From: Octopus vulgaris
Lineage: Eukaryota
Direction: 5' to 3'
Assembly: GCA_951406725.2 (NCBI GenBank)
Contig: OX597821.1
Location: forward strand, 52,204,001-52,268,000
DNA length: 64,000 nucleotides
Shown: positions 50,373 to 64,000 of the stretch, piece after piece
Layout: each line of letters opens with the position of its first letter
Numbering within the stretch: the stretch's first letter is position 1
Program-made: the position numbers and the translations under genes
The notes under the pieces: model-generated
Database searches by the model: none
Told to the model about the DNA's origin: nothing
The model's input: the letters and a program-made list of their open reading frames with translations, nothing else

Positions 50373-51655
50373 GCGCTGTATTCATTAAAGGTTCGTTTTT
50401 TAGTTCGTTTCAGCTATAGCTTTTAAGGTCCTTTTGAAGTATTCGCCTCAAAGTGTTCATGATATATTTTGAATACCATTGACTAATTGCCGGAATAGAT
50501 ACAGCGACGAGTTGAATTCAGATATAAGATTTAGGTTCAGTAGTAGAATATGGAAATAAAAAGAGTCTTTGATATACGGTTAACTTATCCACCATGTTGT
50601 ATTAAGAAAACAAGCAAAATCAAGGAGTTTTTGTGGCGTTCAGGATTTTTTTTTTTCTCTTCAGAAAAGTGTTTACAGCCTAAGGCAAAATGTTTAGGCA
50701 GAAGTGATTGATATCTCAATAATGAACAACCCCAGGCTAAATTTCTGATATTTATGAACTCAAAATTGATTGACTATATTCTGAATAATCAGTAATGTAA
50801 TTATTCAGTTCAAACTATTTTCTTTTCTGAAAACACGCATACACCAACACATATACATACATATACATATTCACATAGATAAACAGACAAGCGCACACTC
50901 AATATGATTGCCATTTATAATATTTTCCAGTATAGACACAAAACATATTTTAGGGGTGGGGTGAGGGTTAGTCGATTATATTGCTCGATTGGTACTTATT
51001 TTATCTATCCCAGAAAGATGAAAGTTAAACTCAACCAAGGTGGAACTTAAACTGGGAACGTGAAATTGGACGAAATGCCGCGGAGTATTTTGTCCGACTT
51101 GCTAATGATTCTGCCAGCTCGCCATCTTTAAAATTCATTCGCAGGGCATTGATTGGTTTGGCGTCTTACTAATAATGATAGTAGTGATTTCAAATATAGC
51201 TGCAAGGCCTCGAATTTTGAAAATCAGGACAGTTGATTAAATTCCTTCCAAAACTTGATTAGTTCCTTTTATTGGATGAAAGTTTATATCAGCGGGTTTT
51301 GAACCATGACTGTAATACAAGGCGCATAAATACTGCATAGAATTTTCTTCAAAGCCTAAGGGTTTCACCAATTCATCGTCATTTGGACCGCTTCTCTATC
51401 GATTTTGCAAATTCATCGCAATATTGAATATTCTCTGCAAATTGTGTTAAGCTATTATTGTAATAATATTAACAACGAGAGCTTCTGATATAGACACAAG
51501 GGTAGCCATTTTAACGGGTGAGGACTAGTCAAGACAGATGTTTCATTTTATCCTTTTCCAGAGGGAAGAAACGCAAAGTTGACCTTTGAACTCAGAAATT
51601 AAAGAACCGGAAGAGAAACCGAAAATCGTTTGTTTTCGGCACTCTAACAATGCTG

Positions 51656-51747
<92 letters not shown>

Positions 51748-51761
51748 TTAGTAGTAGTATA

Positions 51762-53185
51762 GGCGTAGGAGTGGCTGTGTGGTAAGTAGCTTGCTTACCC
51801 AGTGCACCCCAGTGGCCGCAGGTAAAATGACCCTCCCCGACTTTTTGAGGATGGCTGGCTCCAGGTATCCTGTGATTCTGGAGTTCGCCCACCCAAGTGT
51901 CACTAGTGCCGGGAGTCAGGCCATGTCAAGAAGGACTGCCCCCGGGGCCGTGGTAAGGCTCCAGAGCAGGAAAAGGGGAAGGTGCCCTCAGCTCTCCCAT
52001 TGCAGGGAGAAACGGAGGAAGTCGTTGAGTTGTCGACCTCAACGAGAACAAAGAGAAATATGAGCAACGGTGATTGCTCACCAGGAGACGTGCAGGTTGC
52101 GGGAGAGGAGGAGGATCCTTCGGATATGCCGACGGAGGCCCCGACTCCCGTAACCGACAGAAGAAGAAAAAAGAGGAAGAAGAGAAACGGGGGAGGGTCA
52201 CCGGATGTTGCTGTGCCGTCGACCGAACCCGATGTTCCTCCGGTGGGAAGTGTGCCACCGGAGCGAGAGGCTCTGTCAGTGGGAAATGTGCCACTGATAG
52301 AGCAGGATGAGACCTCTCTTTGTGAAGAAGTGGTTGTCATTCTCTATCACAAGGGAGGGCCTGTGGAGTTATACTTGAACAGTCTACTAGACCTAAAGCG
52401 ATATGACCCGACCTGTATAGACTGTCCAAGTTGGCCTCTCCAGGTGGCTGTGGAGGTCATAAATCAGAAAGAGCTGATTGAAGTCGAGTGGACCTGTAAC
52501 AAAGAGGATTTTGTTTTCCTCGGTCCAGGCCTGCCGATGCAGGCTTCCCTGCAGGCAGGCTTCCCTGCAGGCGGCAGAAAACTTACTTGAGGGCCCGGAT
52601 GAGGAAGACGAAGAATAATGAAAAACATTTTTTTGTAATTTGTAATTTTAATTTTTGAAATCATAATTTTGATTTACATTGATTTAAATTGAACAGTGAT
52701 TTCGAGGGGTTATCGGTCGGCGGGCGCCGGTGCCCCTCCCATTATTATTATTTTTGTCCATCTTTGTCGTTCTCATTCACATTAATGTCTCTGTTCATCC
52801 CGCAGCTACCTTTATCTGTGTACGACCTTCATGGTCAATTCAATGAAATAAAGTAGCTTGCTTACCAACCACATGGTTTCGGGTTCAGTCCCACTGCGTG
52901 GGAGCTTGGGCAAGTGTCTTCTACCAAAGCCTTGTGAGTGGATTGGTAGAAAGAGGTCCGTCATATATATATATGTGTGTGTGTATGTTTGTCCCCCCCC
53001 CACATTGCTTGACAACAGATGCTTGTGTGTTCACATCCCCGTAACATAGCGGTTCGGCAAAAGAGACCGATATAATAAGTACTAGGCTTACAAAGAATAA
53101 GTCCTGGGGTCGATTTGCTCGACCAAAGACGGTGCTCCAGCATGGCCACAGTCAAATGACTGAAACATGTAAAGGAGTAAAAGAG
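51762..53185 (+). mobile_element. Family A SINE interrupted by the 51800-52850 insertion
   Basis: Head at 51762-51799 resumes at 52851. Confidence 0.85.
51800..52850 (+). mobile_element. 5'-truncated ORF1-only L1/Tx1-like non-LTR insertion with a 16-bp TSD, splitting a SINE
   Basis: TSD AAGTAGCTTGCTTACC at 51784-51799 and 52851-52866; zinc knuckle C-H-*-C-RESG-H-VKKD-C at 51898-51939 in frame with the 202-aa ORF 51982-52590; about 260-nt 3' UTR; no ORF2. Confidence 0.8.
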
Positions 53186-53196
53186 TAGTATTATTA

Positions 53197-53697
53197 TTAC
53201 TGGGGTCTACTTTGGTCCCGACTTCCAGGTTGATAAGAACTGGGATGAAGTGGCGAACAGGGTGGTCAGTCTTACGCAGGAATGGGCTGAAAGAAAGCCG
53301 TCCCTGAAAGGTCGGGCTTATGTGACGAATGCATACATCGCCTCCGGTTTCATTTATCTCCTGACCGCCGTGCCTTGTTCCGGTTACTGCTTGAATATGT
53401 TGGTGTGTCTCTTATTTAAATTCTTGTGGAAGTGACGCGTTCCAATGGTTATGCGGTCAGTTTGTTGCTAGCAACCTCTGAGTGGCGGATTAGGTATGCC
53501 GTGGCTCCTAATGCGCACACACGTGCTTAGATTTCTGGACAGTGAGCGTGTGTGGGCTCCGTTTGTGATGCTAGTCTTTCTGCAGCTTCTCTCCTTGATG
53601 GAGCTGAAGTCTTGGGTGAAGAAAAAAACCGAGACTGGGAGCCTGGCATCTAGAAGTTTGTCAGGCGGCCACAGGCCTCTACTAGTCGGGGAATGAG
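53197..53697 (+). pseudogene. L1/Tx1-clade ORF2 remnant (RT thumb and downstream region)
   Basis: LGVYFG..NW..W.ERKPSLKGRAYVTNAYIAS..Y....P....LFKFLWK*..P.V.R..CC..P..GGLGMP with stops. Confidence 0.8.
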
Positions 53698-54093
53698 ATC
53701 TGTGTGTTTGTGTGTAAATTCAATTCTACGTTGAGCTTATCTGCATAGGCAAGTTAGTTCAATGTCTCTTATAACGAAGACTTCGAAAGTATAACATTCA
53801 TTTTTTAGGCTTTTTTCGGTTTTTGTACGACATAAGTAGATATATCGGATTGATGTGAATAATTCATATATGGGATTGATATGATTAAAGCACAAGACAC
53901 AGGTTCAATTCCCATGTGATATACATTCTATTATATCAATGCAATTACCGTTACAGTCACACACATTTTCTTCATGAAAATATGCAGACTTTGAGAAAGA
54001 AACATATTACCGTTGACCATGTGTAATCTTATTGCGAAGATCGCTAAATGATGGGAGAGGGATTTAGAGATAGAGTAGAATGACAAAGTCATA

Positions 54094-54168
<75 letters not shown>

Positions 54169-55170
54169 GTTTGTATGTGTGTGTGTATATATGTATGTGT
54201 GTCTATGTGTGTGTTTGTATAACATAATACAATATAATAGAATAAAATGTAAAAGCAATATATATATATATTTAATTGTATATAGGTAATAGATATATAA
54301 TTAAATAATATATATATATATATAACTCTTTTCTGGAACGGTGTAAGTCGAAGGAGATAAAACGTGTAATTATTTTTTAAATCCTATATTTAATGGCTCT
54401 TTTCATATTTTTGTTTTCCGTTTCCCTATTTCAAAGACAAAATATTATTTCCATCACTTTCGAAGTCTCTAAATTCTCACGATGCCAAAAATGTATGTAT
54501 GTATCTATGTATGTATGTACCTATGTATGCATCTATCCGTACATACTCACATACACGCACATACACACATATCTAAACATTTCCAAAGGAATAATGAATC
54601 AGATGTCACAAAGAGGAAAGAGATGGAGAGACCGAGTGAAGAAAGTACATAGACGGCAATATTTCACTTTTAATTCACGGGAGATCGCCAAAACAACGAC
54701 ACTTTACTGGAAAATGGCAGAACATTAGCCAGTTTACACCAACAAGGTCACTTCAGAAGCTTATATAATTCATTCTGAACATTGCTGATGCCACAACCTT
54801 TAACCAAATCACATACCAATCTTATTCAAAACATCTTTAGTTCTCTAAAACATCGAATTTTGTTTGGTAACTGCTAGAAGACATTATACCTGTGCTAGAA
54901 TCGCTAAACCGTCAGCTAGCTGAAATCTAAAGAACTTCGCAGATGAAAATAGCATATTGTAAAAGGTGTGGTTTCTGAAGTTCGGCATAAGAAAGAATTT
55001 CATTTGCTTATCTCTAGAGTGTCGACCTTTATCAACTGGTACCATTTTACTTGACTCAGAATCTGAGGGGCATAGGTATTTCTAGACAAAACCAAAATAC
55101 ACCCCACACATACATACGCACACACCAGCAAATTTGCACACAAAGAATTAAGCTCTTATACACATACACA

Positions 55171-55261
<91 letters not shown>

Positions 55262-57311
55262 GAATATATTTACACTTACACACACATACACTCATACTAT
55301 AAATATACGTTTATAGCAATTTCTTTTCAGATAGTCATCATTAATAATTTGATAAGAAAATTAAGGCGTTTTGCAATATCAGAACCACATCTGACAAAAA
55401 CTATTCTAGCTTCGCCAAGTGAAATTAGTTTTACAAGCTGCAATTTCTGTGTATGACAGAAACTGTAAGGGAATACGTGAAACAGTAAGAGGATAGTTAA
55501 GTTGGGCAAACACGTCCCTAAGCAAAATGTCTCGTACATTACATATATACAAATATAGTCTATACACAGTATACACAAACACAATCTATACATACATACA
55601 TAGATACATACATGTGTGTGTGTGTGTTATACGCACATGTATACTTAAATATTAAGATGTATATACATGAATGTGCATGCCTACAAATACACATTTGTGA
55701 ATACATACACAGAAATATATTTATGCGTGTTTATGAATATCTATATCTATATATGTTTGTATGTATCTACATGACGTGTGTGTGTATTCATGTGTATATA
55801 CACATGTATACTTTGGTATTTGTGAGTACATGTAGCTTCATTTCGTTTCGTAGAATTACTCTTGTCTTGTTGGATTATATAAAAGGCTTAGAAATATTTA
55901 GCTTAAAAGCATAAATTGCCAGCTAATTCTATTTAATAAGCGCGCAGACTAACCGCTGCATGTTATTTGCCTTTCAAAAACTGACAAGCTTTCTTATTTC
56001 TTTTTCATCGTCATTAAGTGCCAAGATGGAGAATAACTGAAATCCGAATACATTTTTTTAGAAGCATAATTTTGGCAAGATTTCAAGCATCATATTTTCT
56101 CCTTTAACATTTATTTCGCTACTACAAACAGAAGAGACTTTTTCGATCGGCATTTGCATTTTTATATCTTCTTTGATTTCATATAAACTCCATAATACCA
56201 AGAACTGTTAAGAGTTCTTGAGGGCTGATATGAGATAGTAGTAAGATTTGTAGAGGAGAGGGAATAAATATTAGTTAGAACATTGAGAAATATTATGATC
56301 CGTAGTTTTACAGGGCGTAATTAAAGAAGATTTCTCTGTGATTGAGAAAGAAAGAAACACCATGTAGAATTGCTGAACAGCTAAAAGGGAATATAACTGA
56401 AGGGCGAAAACAGTGAGAGAATATCGTTGATTCTGAAGTTGTTTACAGAACACTTCTTGTGCGACACTAAATACTTTGATAGAGATGAGGAATGTCATAA
56501 TATTACATTCAAATGGATCGAGATCTAAATAATACAATATCAGATATTCATGAGGAATGCATAGAAAGCGTAAGAGGTAACGGCAAAAAGAAGGTAAAAA
56601 AAAAGAGAGAGAGAGAGAAAAGAAAATAGTTACAACCGTAAATAGAAAGCTGAAAGAATATTTGTTCAAAAGTTGTTCTTTTCTCTGAAATATTTCCAAC
56701 GTAAAGTATTAATTTTATTTTCAATGTTATATGTCAATACAGCGTTCATTTAGATTATTCTCCTCTACCTGTCGCTTATGGTCGGTCAAACCAGTCACAG
56801 TGACAAATTGTGTGTGTACACAATATAGGAAAGTATTTCATGTTTTCTTTCAGTGAAAGGCAAAGAAATGAAACACAATCACTGAATGAGTGTTAGTACA
56901 ATAGAGTGATTTATCACGACAAATATCTGAGCGGATGCAGTGTCTTTCAAAACTAATAAATGTTGGGATCGCTGATCTTTACAAGAATACCCAAGAACAC
57001 CGTTGCCATTTATCCATATCGGCTCCTACAAGTGCAAACTGCATTAAGAAGATTCGTTCGGTAAACGCAGTTGTAGATTCTTTCTTAAAGAAGTCTGAGG
57101 AACACAAGTATCAGTATTTCATTCGTATTTTATTTTAAAGATTTTGGAGTTACCTTTAACGAATTTGAATTCTTTAGTTATCAGCATGCTAGAAATGAAA
57201 GGGTTATTGTGTGTGTGTGCGTGTGTGTATGTATGTGTGTAAGAGTGTGATCTAATTATAGGAATATCTCACCATTTTCTACCCAAAAGGGGTTTTCAAC
57301 CCAATATTTGC

Positions 57312-58071
57312 ATAGTCCTTTATTCCATTCGTGATTCGGAACTCATGACGTCATACTATACTTGCAACCAGTAGATGCAGGCTATAGGGCCAGCATGGAG
57401 TAAATACTTGGACATAAAACCTAAATGGTTTAACTGTTGCATGTCAGGTGTATCAAATCATAATTAAATTAATCATGCATAAAGACACACACACACACAA
57501 ACATATATCTTCTTTTATATTTTTACCTGTTTCAGTAACTTGACTTCGGCCATGCTAGAGCACCACCTATAGAGGAACAAATCAACCCTAGGACTTATTC
57601 TGTGTAAGTCTAGTACTTATTCTATCGGTCACTTATGCTGAACCACTAGTTACGGAGATGTAAACACACCAACATCGGTTGTCAAGCGATGGTGGGGAAC
57701 AAACAGACACACAAATACATGCATATATATATATACCGGAGTAAACACATAAATGTGAAACAAGGTGGAAAAAAGAGTACTCAAATACCAGTGGTAGAGT
57801 AAAGTATATATATATATATATATGTATTATAGGTATTGCTAGATACATAAATAGATACATGAAACGTATCATAATTAAAGTAATTAAGACGGTCATAACT
57901 TGATAGTCTTTTATTCGATTTGTTTTTTGGAACTCATGACGTCATACTCTACTTGCAACCAGAATATGCAGGCTATAGGGCCAGCACGGAGTAAATACTT
58001 GGACACCAAACTTAAGTGGTTTAACTGTTACATGTCAGGTGTATCAAATCTTACCAACATTAATCAAGCAT
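57312..58071 (+). repeat. Diverged direct repeat of about 170 bp (57312-57480 and 57903-58071)
   Basis: Shared GGAACTCATGACGTCATACT..ACTTGCAACCAG..GCAGGCTATAGGGCCAGCA.GGAGTAAATACTTGGACA..CATGTCAGGTGTATCAAATC. Confidence 0.85.
57510..57720 (-). mobile_element. Family A SINE, 3' half
   Basis: Similarity to 24085-24300. Confidence 0.75.
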
Positions 58072-58584
58072 CAACTTACACACAGACGCACACACAAACA
58101 CACAATGTATGCATCACACATAATATATACAATTTCATGTTAACCAGGAATTCACTTTCCTCTGCAGTGTTATTCATGCAGACTAGTGGTATAAACTTAT
58201 TACTATACAATACAATAGCACCACTTTCCAGCAAACATTGGTGCCTCGTTGTACTACTATTTGTTATATATATATAAACTCTTCGTTCAGCTGCAAATAA
58301 CATTGCTGGTCATAAGGGCTTTTTGAAAGAACATAGCTTCTATTGTGTTGTATGATTTTATGCATTTTGTGCTATAGAAAATGTGTAGTTGGCAAATACT
58401 AAGGCTTTTAACAGTAAATGGTTTAGTTGTGGTTAGAGTAATAAATAATGTTAAATTGAGTGAATGTTATGACAAATAATTGTATTTGTCGTATATGCTT
58501 TTAAGCCAATTAATATCTCATGTGCTATTATTCGTAAGTGCTAACTAAAATAATTTCACAATTTTGGTGTTTATATGACTTGGA

Positions 58585-58689
58585 CAACAGGACCTCCGTA
58601 ATGCCATGATGGACCGTGAAGTCTGGCGTAGCATGGTAAATTCCATTGTCTTGACCACGGTCGAACAATGGTGATGATGATGATGATGA
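58585..58689 (+). mobile_element. RTE-clade LINE 3' end
   Basis: QQDLRNAMMDREVWRSMV followed by a (TGA)n tail. Confidence 0.75.
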
Positions 58690-61600
58690 CTTGGACGATG
58701 TTTGCTAATAATATGTAGTTCAATTTCGTTAGATTCATGTGTCAGCTGGGAGAGTTGTTTCAGCAGTTCGGTTTTCAAAAATAAATTACTCAAAATGAAT
58801 ATTGCATCTTTTTTCGCATGTGGTTAAAGGATCCAGTTGAAATCTCTTATTTAATCATTTTCTATCTATTCTTTGTCATAATCCCAATATATTTTATTTT
58901 AATGATGTAGCTTTTATAGCCATGTGTGTTTATCAAATTCATCGGCAAAGTATTCTTAAAAATGTATGCATTTGTTTTCTTATAACACACAAATAAAGAA
59001 ATAATTTTATCATTATTCATTTAAACTTAAATTTCGCTAAATATATGTTCTCAATTAGCAAATAAAAAATCCATTACTCTCATTCTAACTTCATTGATAA
59101 TACTTATGTTTTACATACTTTACACTCTATTCTAGTTCGGTTCAAGAAAAATGCCTTTTAAAATCCAGCATATATTCAGCAATTATTAAATCTGGAGTAC
59201 TTCTGAATTATATACAAACACAGGCATAGCCTCTTTATTAAAGTTTGATAATATCAGCAAAACTATACGTTTTGAAGCTTTCAGAACATAACTGACAATC
59301 AGTATTTGGAACTTGAAATATAGAAATTTAGATAATGACATATCATGGGTCCTTTGAAATTTCGTACATCCTTATCCTTATTTGCTATAAGATATCTATC
59401 ACTTTTTTGTACTTTTGAAAATGTTTCATATTCACGTTCTAAATGAACAAACGGAATCTTTTGAAACACCATAGCAACTTACTCAACAGGTTTCATTTTT
59501 ATTTAGATAAATCTTCCATTAAAATGTTATATAATTGTCAGTTGCTTATAAATAAGATACCATCATTATAACTTCTTTATTATGAATCATAAATTTTTCA
59601 CAAATATTTAAATCTACCCCTGATATACAACACAAACACTCATGAGTTTATTGATATTGCATTTATAAAGAAATTTACACCAGTTACAACTATATTTTCC
59701 CTCACTAATTGATTACTCTATTTTTCGCATAATTGTTTTAGTATCCAGCAGCTAAAATATCGTACCCTACACCATTCATCGTAGAGTTGTTAGTGATTGT
59801 TACCCAGCGATAGGTCTATTCCCTCTCAGAGTGGAGGTTATTTCAATAAATCAAAGAATTTATTTTGAATGTTATCTAATATAATCATACTCGTCTTAGT
59901 TGTTAATATACATGCCACTGGCACCTCTGACTTATTTCTTTTAGTTCATTTTTATGTCGTTTATACACATTACCTAGGCCATAAATGTGTTCTAATTTCT
60001 TCGTCTGCCGTAGAATCTAGAGTAAGTGTTGTGCTGCACTGCCTATTCTGGCAAAATCTCTTGCTCACAGCCGTTGTCTTATTTTTAGACAATCAGACTG
60101 TCTTTTCCTTAATGGCAAATAAATTTCGGAGAACACATCTAATTTGGAGTCGACACAATAGTACCCAAGTGGTTGGTCGAGCTTCTTTGCAAGCAGAGAT
60201 GATTTCAAAAATTGAAGAACTTATCCTGTAAGTCAACATACCCTAATTCGTACTTGTTCTTCAAATATAGGTCACTCGCCTTTATCAGTCATTTCCAGCA
60301 GCCTATTTTCTTTTCATATCCATCTGTCCATCCACCCATCCACCCGTTCGTCCGTCCGGCTACCTGTCTATATGTTAGTGTGTATGTGCTAACGCGTTCG
60401 TGAGCGAGTGTGTAAATACGCATTATAGTTGAGATAAATGACTTTTAAAAATTCGATTTTCCTAATATAGAAACTCTCTATAGACAGAGAAAGTTAGTAA
60501 TTGGTTTAGAAGACAACCAAGAACACAACTGACAGAAGACGACGTGTCACTAATATGAAATATGATAAAGATTCTTATTAAGAAACGATGAGCTAAATTA
60601 ATTTTAAAAAAGTGGCAAACCATAATGCTATTGCGTATGTATATGTTGTTCCTGATTTAAAAAAGACGCTAAGACGATTTCTATACAAATTTGATTAGTG
60701 CATCCATAAAATACATACTTCTTATTAACTGACTCATCATTCAAATGTATATCTGTCTTGCTGTCCTGCTTACGTCATATTCTATTAATCATCAACAAAG
60801 TAAAGCTTGCTGTCATTAGCACTATTGTGATAGTGGTGGTCGTAGTAGCATTATTATTATTATTATAATTATTAATAGTAGCAGCAGTGGCAGTAGTAGT
60901 AGATATGTCATTATTATGATTAAGATCAATAGAACCGCGACAGCTCGTCTTTACGTCGGTCTGGCAGTGTTCATGAAGGCTATTGAGATGCTCTGTCTAC
61001 CAGAGAAAATTATTCAAAACCAAATGATATAGTATATCTAGGAATACATCATCCTGTGTAACTTTAATTCATATTAAACAGTAGGTATGATACGATGAAG
61101 CATTTCTACTGCTGTTTCGTTTCCCAGCTTAGTGAACCTTTTATTTTTTTCAAAACCTACAAAGCTAGTGTGAAGAAAAAAAAATCTCGTCTAAATGTCA
61201 TCAACAAAGTTAAACTCTTCTAAAGGTACACAAGGACCTGATTTTTGCGTTACTATGGGTAACGGATAAAGTAAGCTTGTCATTCCAGAACTCGAAATGC
61301 ACAGAGAGGGAACAAATACTTGCAGAGGAGAGAAAAATCACGATGTACAAGTGCCTGATCGGCCGCTATTAGGCTATGCTGGCCGCCGTCAAAGTGGCAG
61401 GTGTTCTAGGGTGCAGTACTACCAATTTCCCAGAGGAATGAGTCCCTCGAGGTGGAGTGGTTGCTGCAGTGTATGTCGCTGGTCATTCTCCGCGGCAACG
61501 CCATCACGGTCATTATCACGGTTCGCGGATGAGCACACCATTTCTTTTGTGATATGTGAGCTATCCTCCACTCTCCATCCGTCTTCTACTGCTTTATCCT

Positions 61601-63777
61601 CCCCCTTTCATTTTACCTTCTTTTTTCTTTGTGTCTAAATGTTATAAATAAATAAAGAGTTTAGTTTCATAGGAATTCAAGAAAAATACGACGCTGGAAA
61701 ATTTTATAAAATGAAAGAAATTCTTCAATTCGCCGCACTGAAATTTAATGACATGAAAACATGAAAGGCAAAATTGACCTTGATGACATTTGAACGTAAG
61801 GCGCAGTGAGCCGGAACAAACAATGCAAGATATATTGTCCAGCGACGACCCAGCTTGAAGTAGCTTAATTTTCTCAGTTAACTCAGTGGTTTAATGTAAA
61901 TAACACAGTATGTTTAGAATAAAATATTTAGCTTTAACTAAAAATTGTTGAGTTGCCCCGATTTCAGATGATTCTTTTGGAAATATATTTTCATAAATTT
62001 AAATCTGAAATGTTTTCCAATTAAGCATCGAGCAGGCTTCATATTACTAGAGACACACTTAATATACACTTGAATGAGAATCTAACAATCTATTTGGCAT
62101 TTGAGATCTTCAACAAAATTTATTAAGAAAATAACAATGAAAATATAATACGCTTTCTGTTTACAAACTAGTTGTCCTCATTCCGCATTCTCTGAAGTTA
62201 TGAGTTCAGTTATGCAGTCTGGTTCATAGTAGATCCGTGGACAAAGGTAATGTGGTACCTATTCATATCTAAAGGGACAACAACACACTGGCTATGACCA
62301 CATACAGTGAGCGCAACGATTGGTGAAGGAAGGAGATGATTACATCTGTAGTTTCCCAACGTACCATTTTAACAATCACCTTTCTTCACAGTGGTCAATA
62401 GCGTTTCGTTACCAAATGCACGGAGATTTCGGATCTTTAGAAAATAACTTAGAAGTTCAGTTTAAGCTTTGTTCTCGGAATTTAGAGAACCGCAGGCTTT
62501 CTTTTCTTTAAACTCTATGCATGCATCAAGAATAGTATCTTCATGGAAATTATCAATAGAAAACTAAAATTCTAATTCGTAATATGGCTACTTATTTCTA
62601 AAAGAATGCAATTTCAATAGGTATTAGGTTTCACTAGATGTTATTGTCGCTGATATATAGCATGTAATTAATACGTTTCAATTTTATTAAACAACAAAGA
62701 TAATAATTGCACCATAATAAACATCTATACAAATCTTTATGGTGACTCTATAGTGACAATTATAACGACAAATATAAAACAGCGTAACAATCGTTGATAA
62801 GATGATGCGTTTTAAAAGACACCATTGTAATCACGGTTGTTCAAAAGCAAATGTAAGCCGTCACAGAAATGCTTTATCTTGTAAAGTTTGCGGATGATAA
62901 AACCACTGCCTTTATTTTCAATGAGCTAACAGATACCCAGTCGCAGGATTTGTTAGAAATAGCATTCAAATTTCTCTTAAATAAGATCTTAATGTTTAAA
63001 ACACAAGTACACATCTGAAAATGTAATTTTATATACACAACAAATACTGAATTTTCCTCTTTATCGGAGAGAGAGCGAGAAAACCATAAATCTAACGGTA
63101 ATTATTTGCAACTCTCAAACACAAATGTGTGTGTGTGTGTATGTATGTACTTTCAAGAAGTACTTCTATTTTAAAGGGAGAAAATGTGATCATTGGGAGA
63201 AAATGGGATCATTGTAATCAGGCAAAATGAAATGACAGCTATGGGCATGTTTCGGCCTGATTAAAGCACACCTGTGAAGCGTTGTCTTCAAATGAATGTT
63301 TTGATTAAAAGTCAGAAATATTTCAAGCAGTAGAGAAAATTACTAAGAGCTTTGGTCAGTATAATATGTATGATTACAAAAGTGAAGTAAGCGAAATAAC
63401 TGAAATGAGCCAGTAGCATGAAAAAGGATTAAGGTAGACAATGAAGTGATGTACGAAGTAACATATGCAAAAACATTCTGCCTTTAAAGAAAAACCTTGC
63501 AGTAATTGTTAGCAAGTCTTAAAGTGAAAGAGAGATAATTTTTAGCAAATTGAGCAAATAAATGCTTCCTCGTTAGAAAGTGTATTTATCGCTGGCAACC
63601 TCACTGGAAAACAGGTATGTGTGGTTGGTTCAGTAGAATGTGCGTGGAGTGATATTAGATAAATGTCCCCTCTTTGAGTGAAGGTTAGAACAACTCGTCT
63701 GAAATGATATCTTAGAATAACTTGGATGATAAAAATTGGTTATTAAATATCTAAAGGAAGTCATAAAATATACCACA

Positions 63778-64000
63778 CAGGAGTGGCTGTGTGGTAAGTA
63801 GCTTGCTAACCAACCACATGGTTCCGGGTTCAGTCCCACTGCGTGGCATCTTGGGAGAGTGTCTTCTGCTATAGCCCCGGGCCTACCAATGCCTTGTGAG
63901 TGGATTTGGTAGACGGAAACTGAAATAAGCCTGTCGTATATATGTATATATGTATATGTATGTGTGTGTGTGTGTTTGTGTGTCTGTGTTTGTCCCCCTA
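63778..64000 (+). mobile_element. Family A SINE, 5' part running off the window end
   Basis: GGAGTGGCTGTGTGGTAAGTAGCTTGC head; matches the reverse complement of 24270-24500. Confidence 0.85.

Noticed and set aside
56935-57138. Possible piggyBac-like transposase remnant (IADL...KIR)
   Set aside because: Similarity is too weak to support by eye.
59869-61638. 120-aa and 113-aa ORFs as host exons
   Set aside because: No recognisable domains or convincing paired splice signals.

Overview
AT-rich, microsatellite-dense eukaryotic DNA. The SINE families and (TA)n/(CA)n/(AAT)n content suggest a cephalopod (Octopus-like) genome; this is inference. I cannot identify a host protein-coding gene, and nearly all short ORFs in the track are microsatellite artefacts. 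The main feature is a very young, apparently intact Penelope-like retroelement (PLE, Neptune-like) at 8227-14882, inserted in a (TA)n tract. It has a coiled-coil ORF1 overlapping an RT + GIY-YIG ORF2 in the -1 frame across a U_UUU_UUA slippery heptamer, ~220-bp pseudo-LTRs carrying a minimal type I hammerhead ribozyme (HHR) with a U3-A8 core variant, a 2-kb inverted 5'-truncated copy, and a 3x17-nt reiteration at the junction. At least four other non-coding HHR-bearing elements lie nearby (5.07 kb, 20.1-20.6 kb, a 357-bp tandem array at 21.1-22.0 kb, and 23.7-24.06 kb). Three of them show the same inverted-5'-piece architecture, suggesting an autonomous PLE plus a set of retrozyme-like passengers. 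Also present: an ORF1-only L1/Tx1-like insertion with a 16-bp TSD, Tx1, CR1, RTE and R4/Dong-type LINE remnants, a mariner-like deletion derivative, Helitron/Helentron-type non-autonomous elements, foldback MITEs, many SINEs, and a candidate 12-nt microexon. All alignments and RNA pairings were done by eye.
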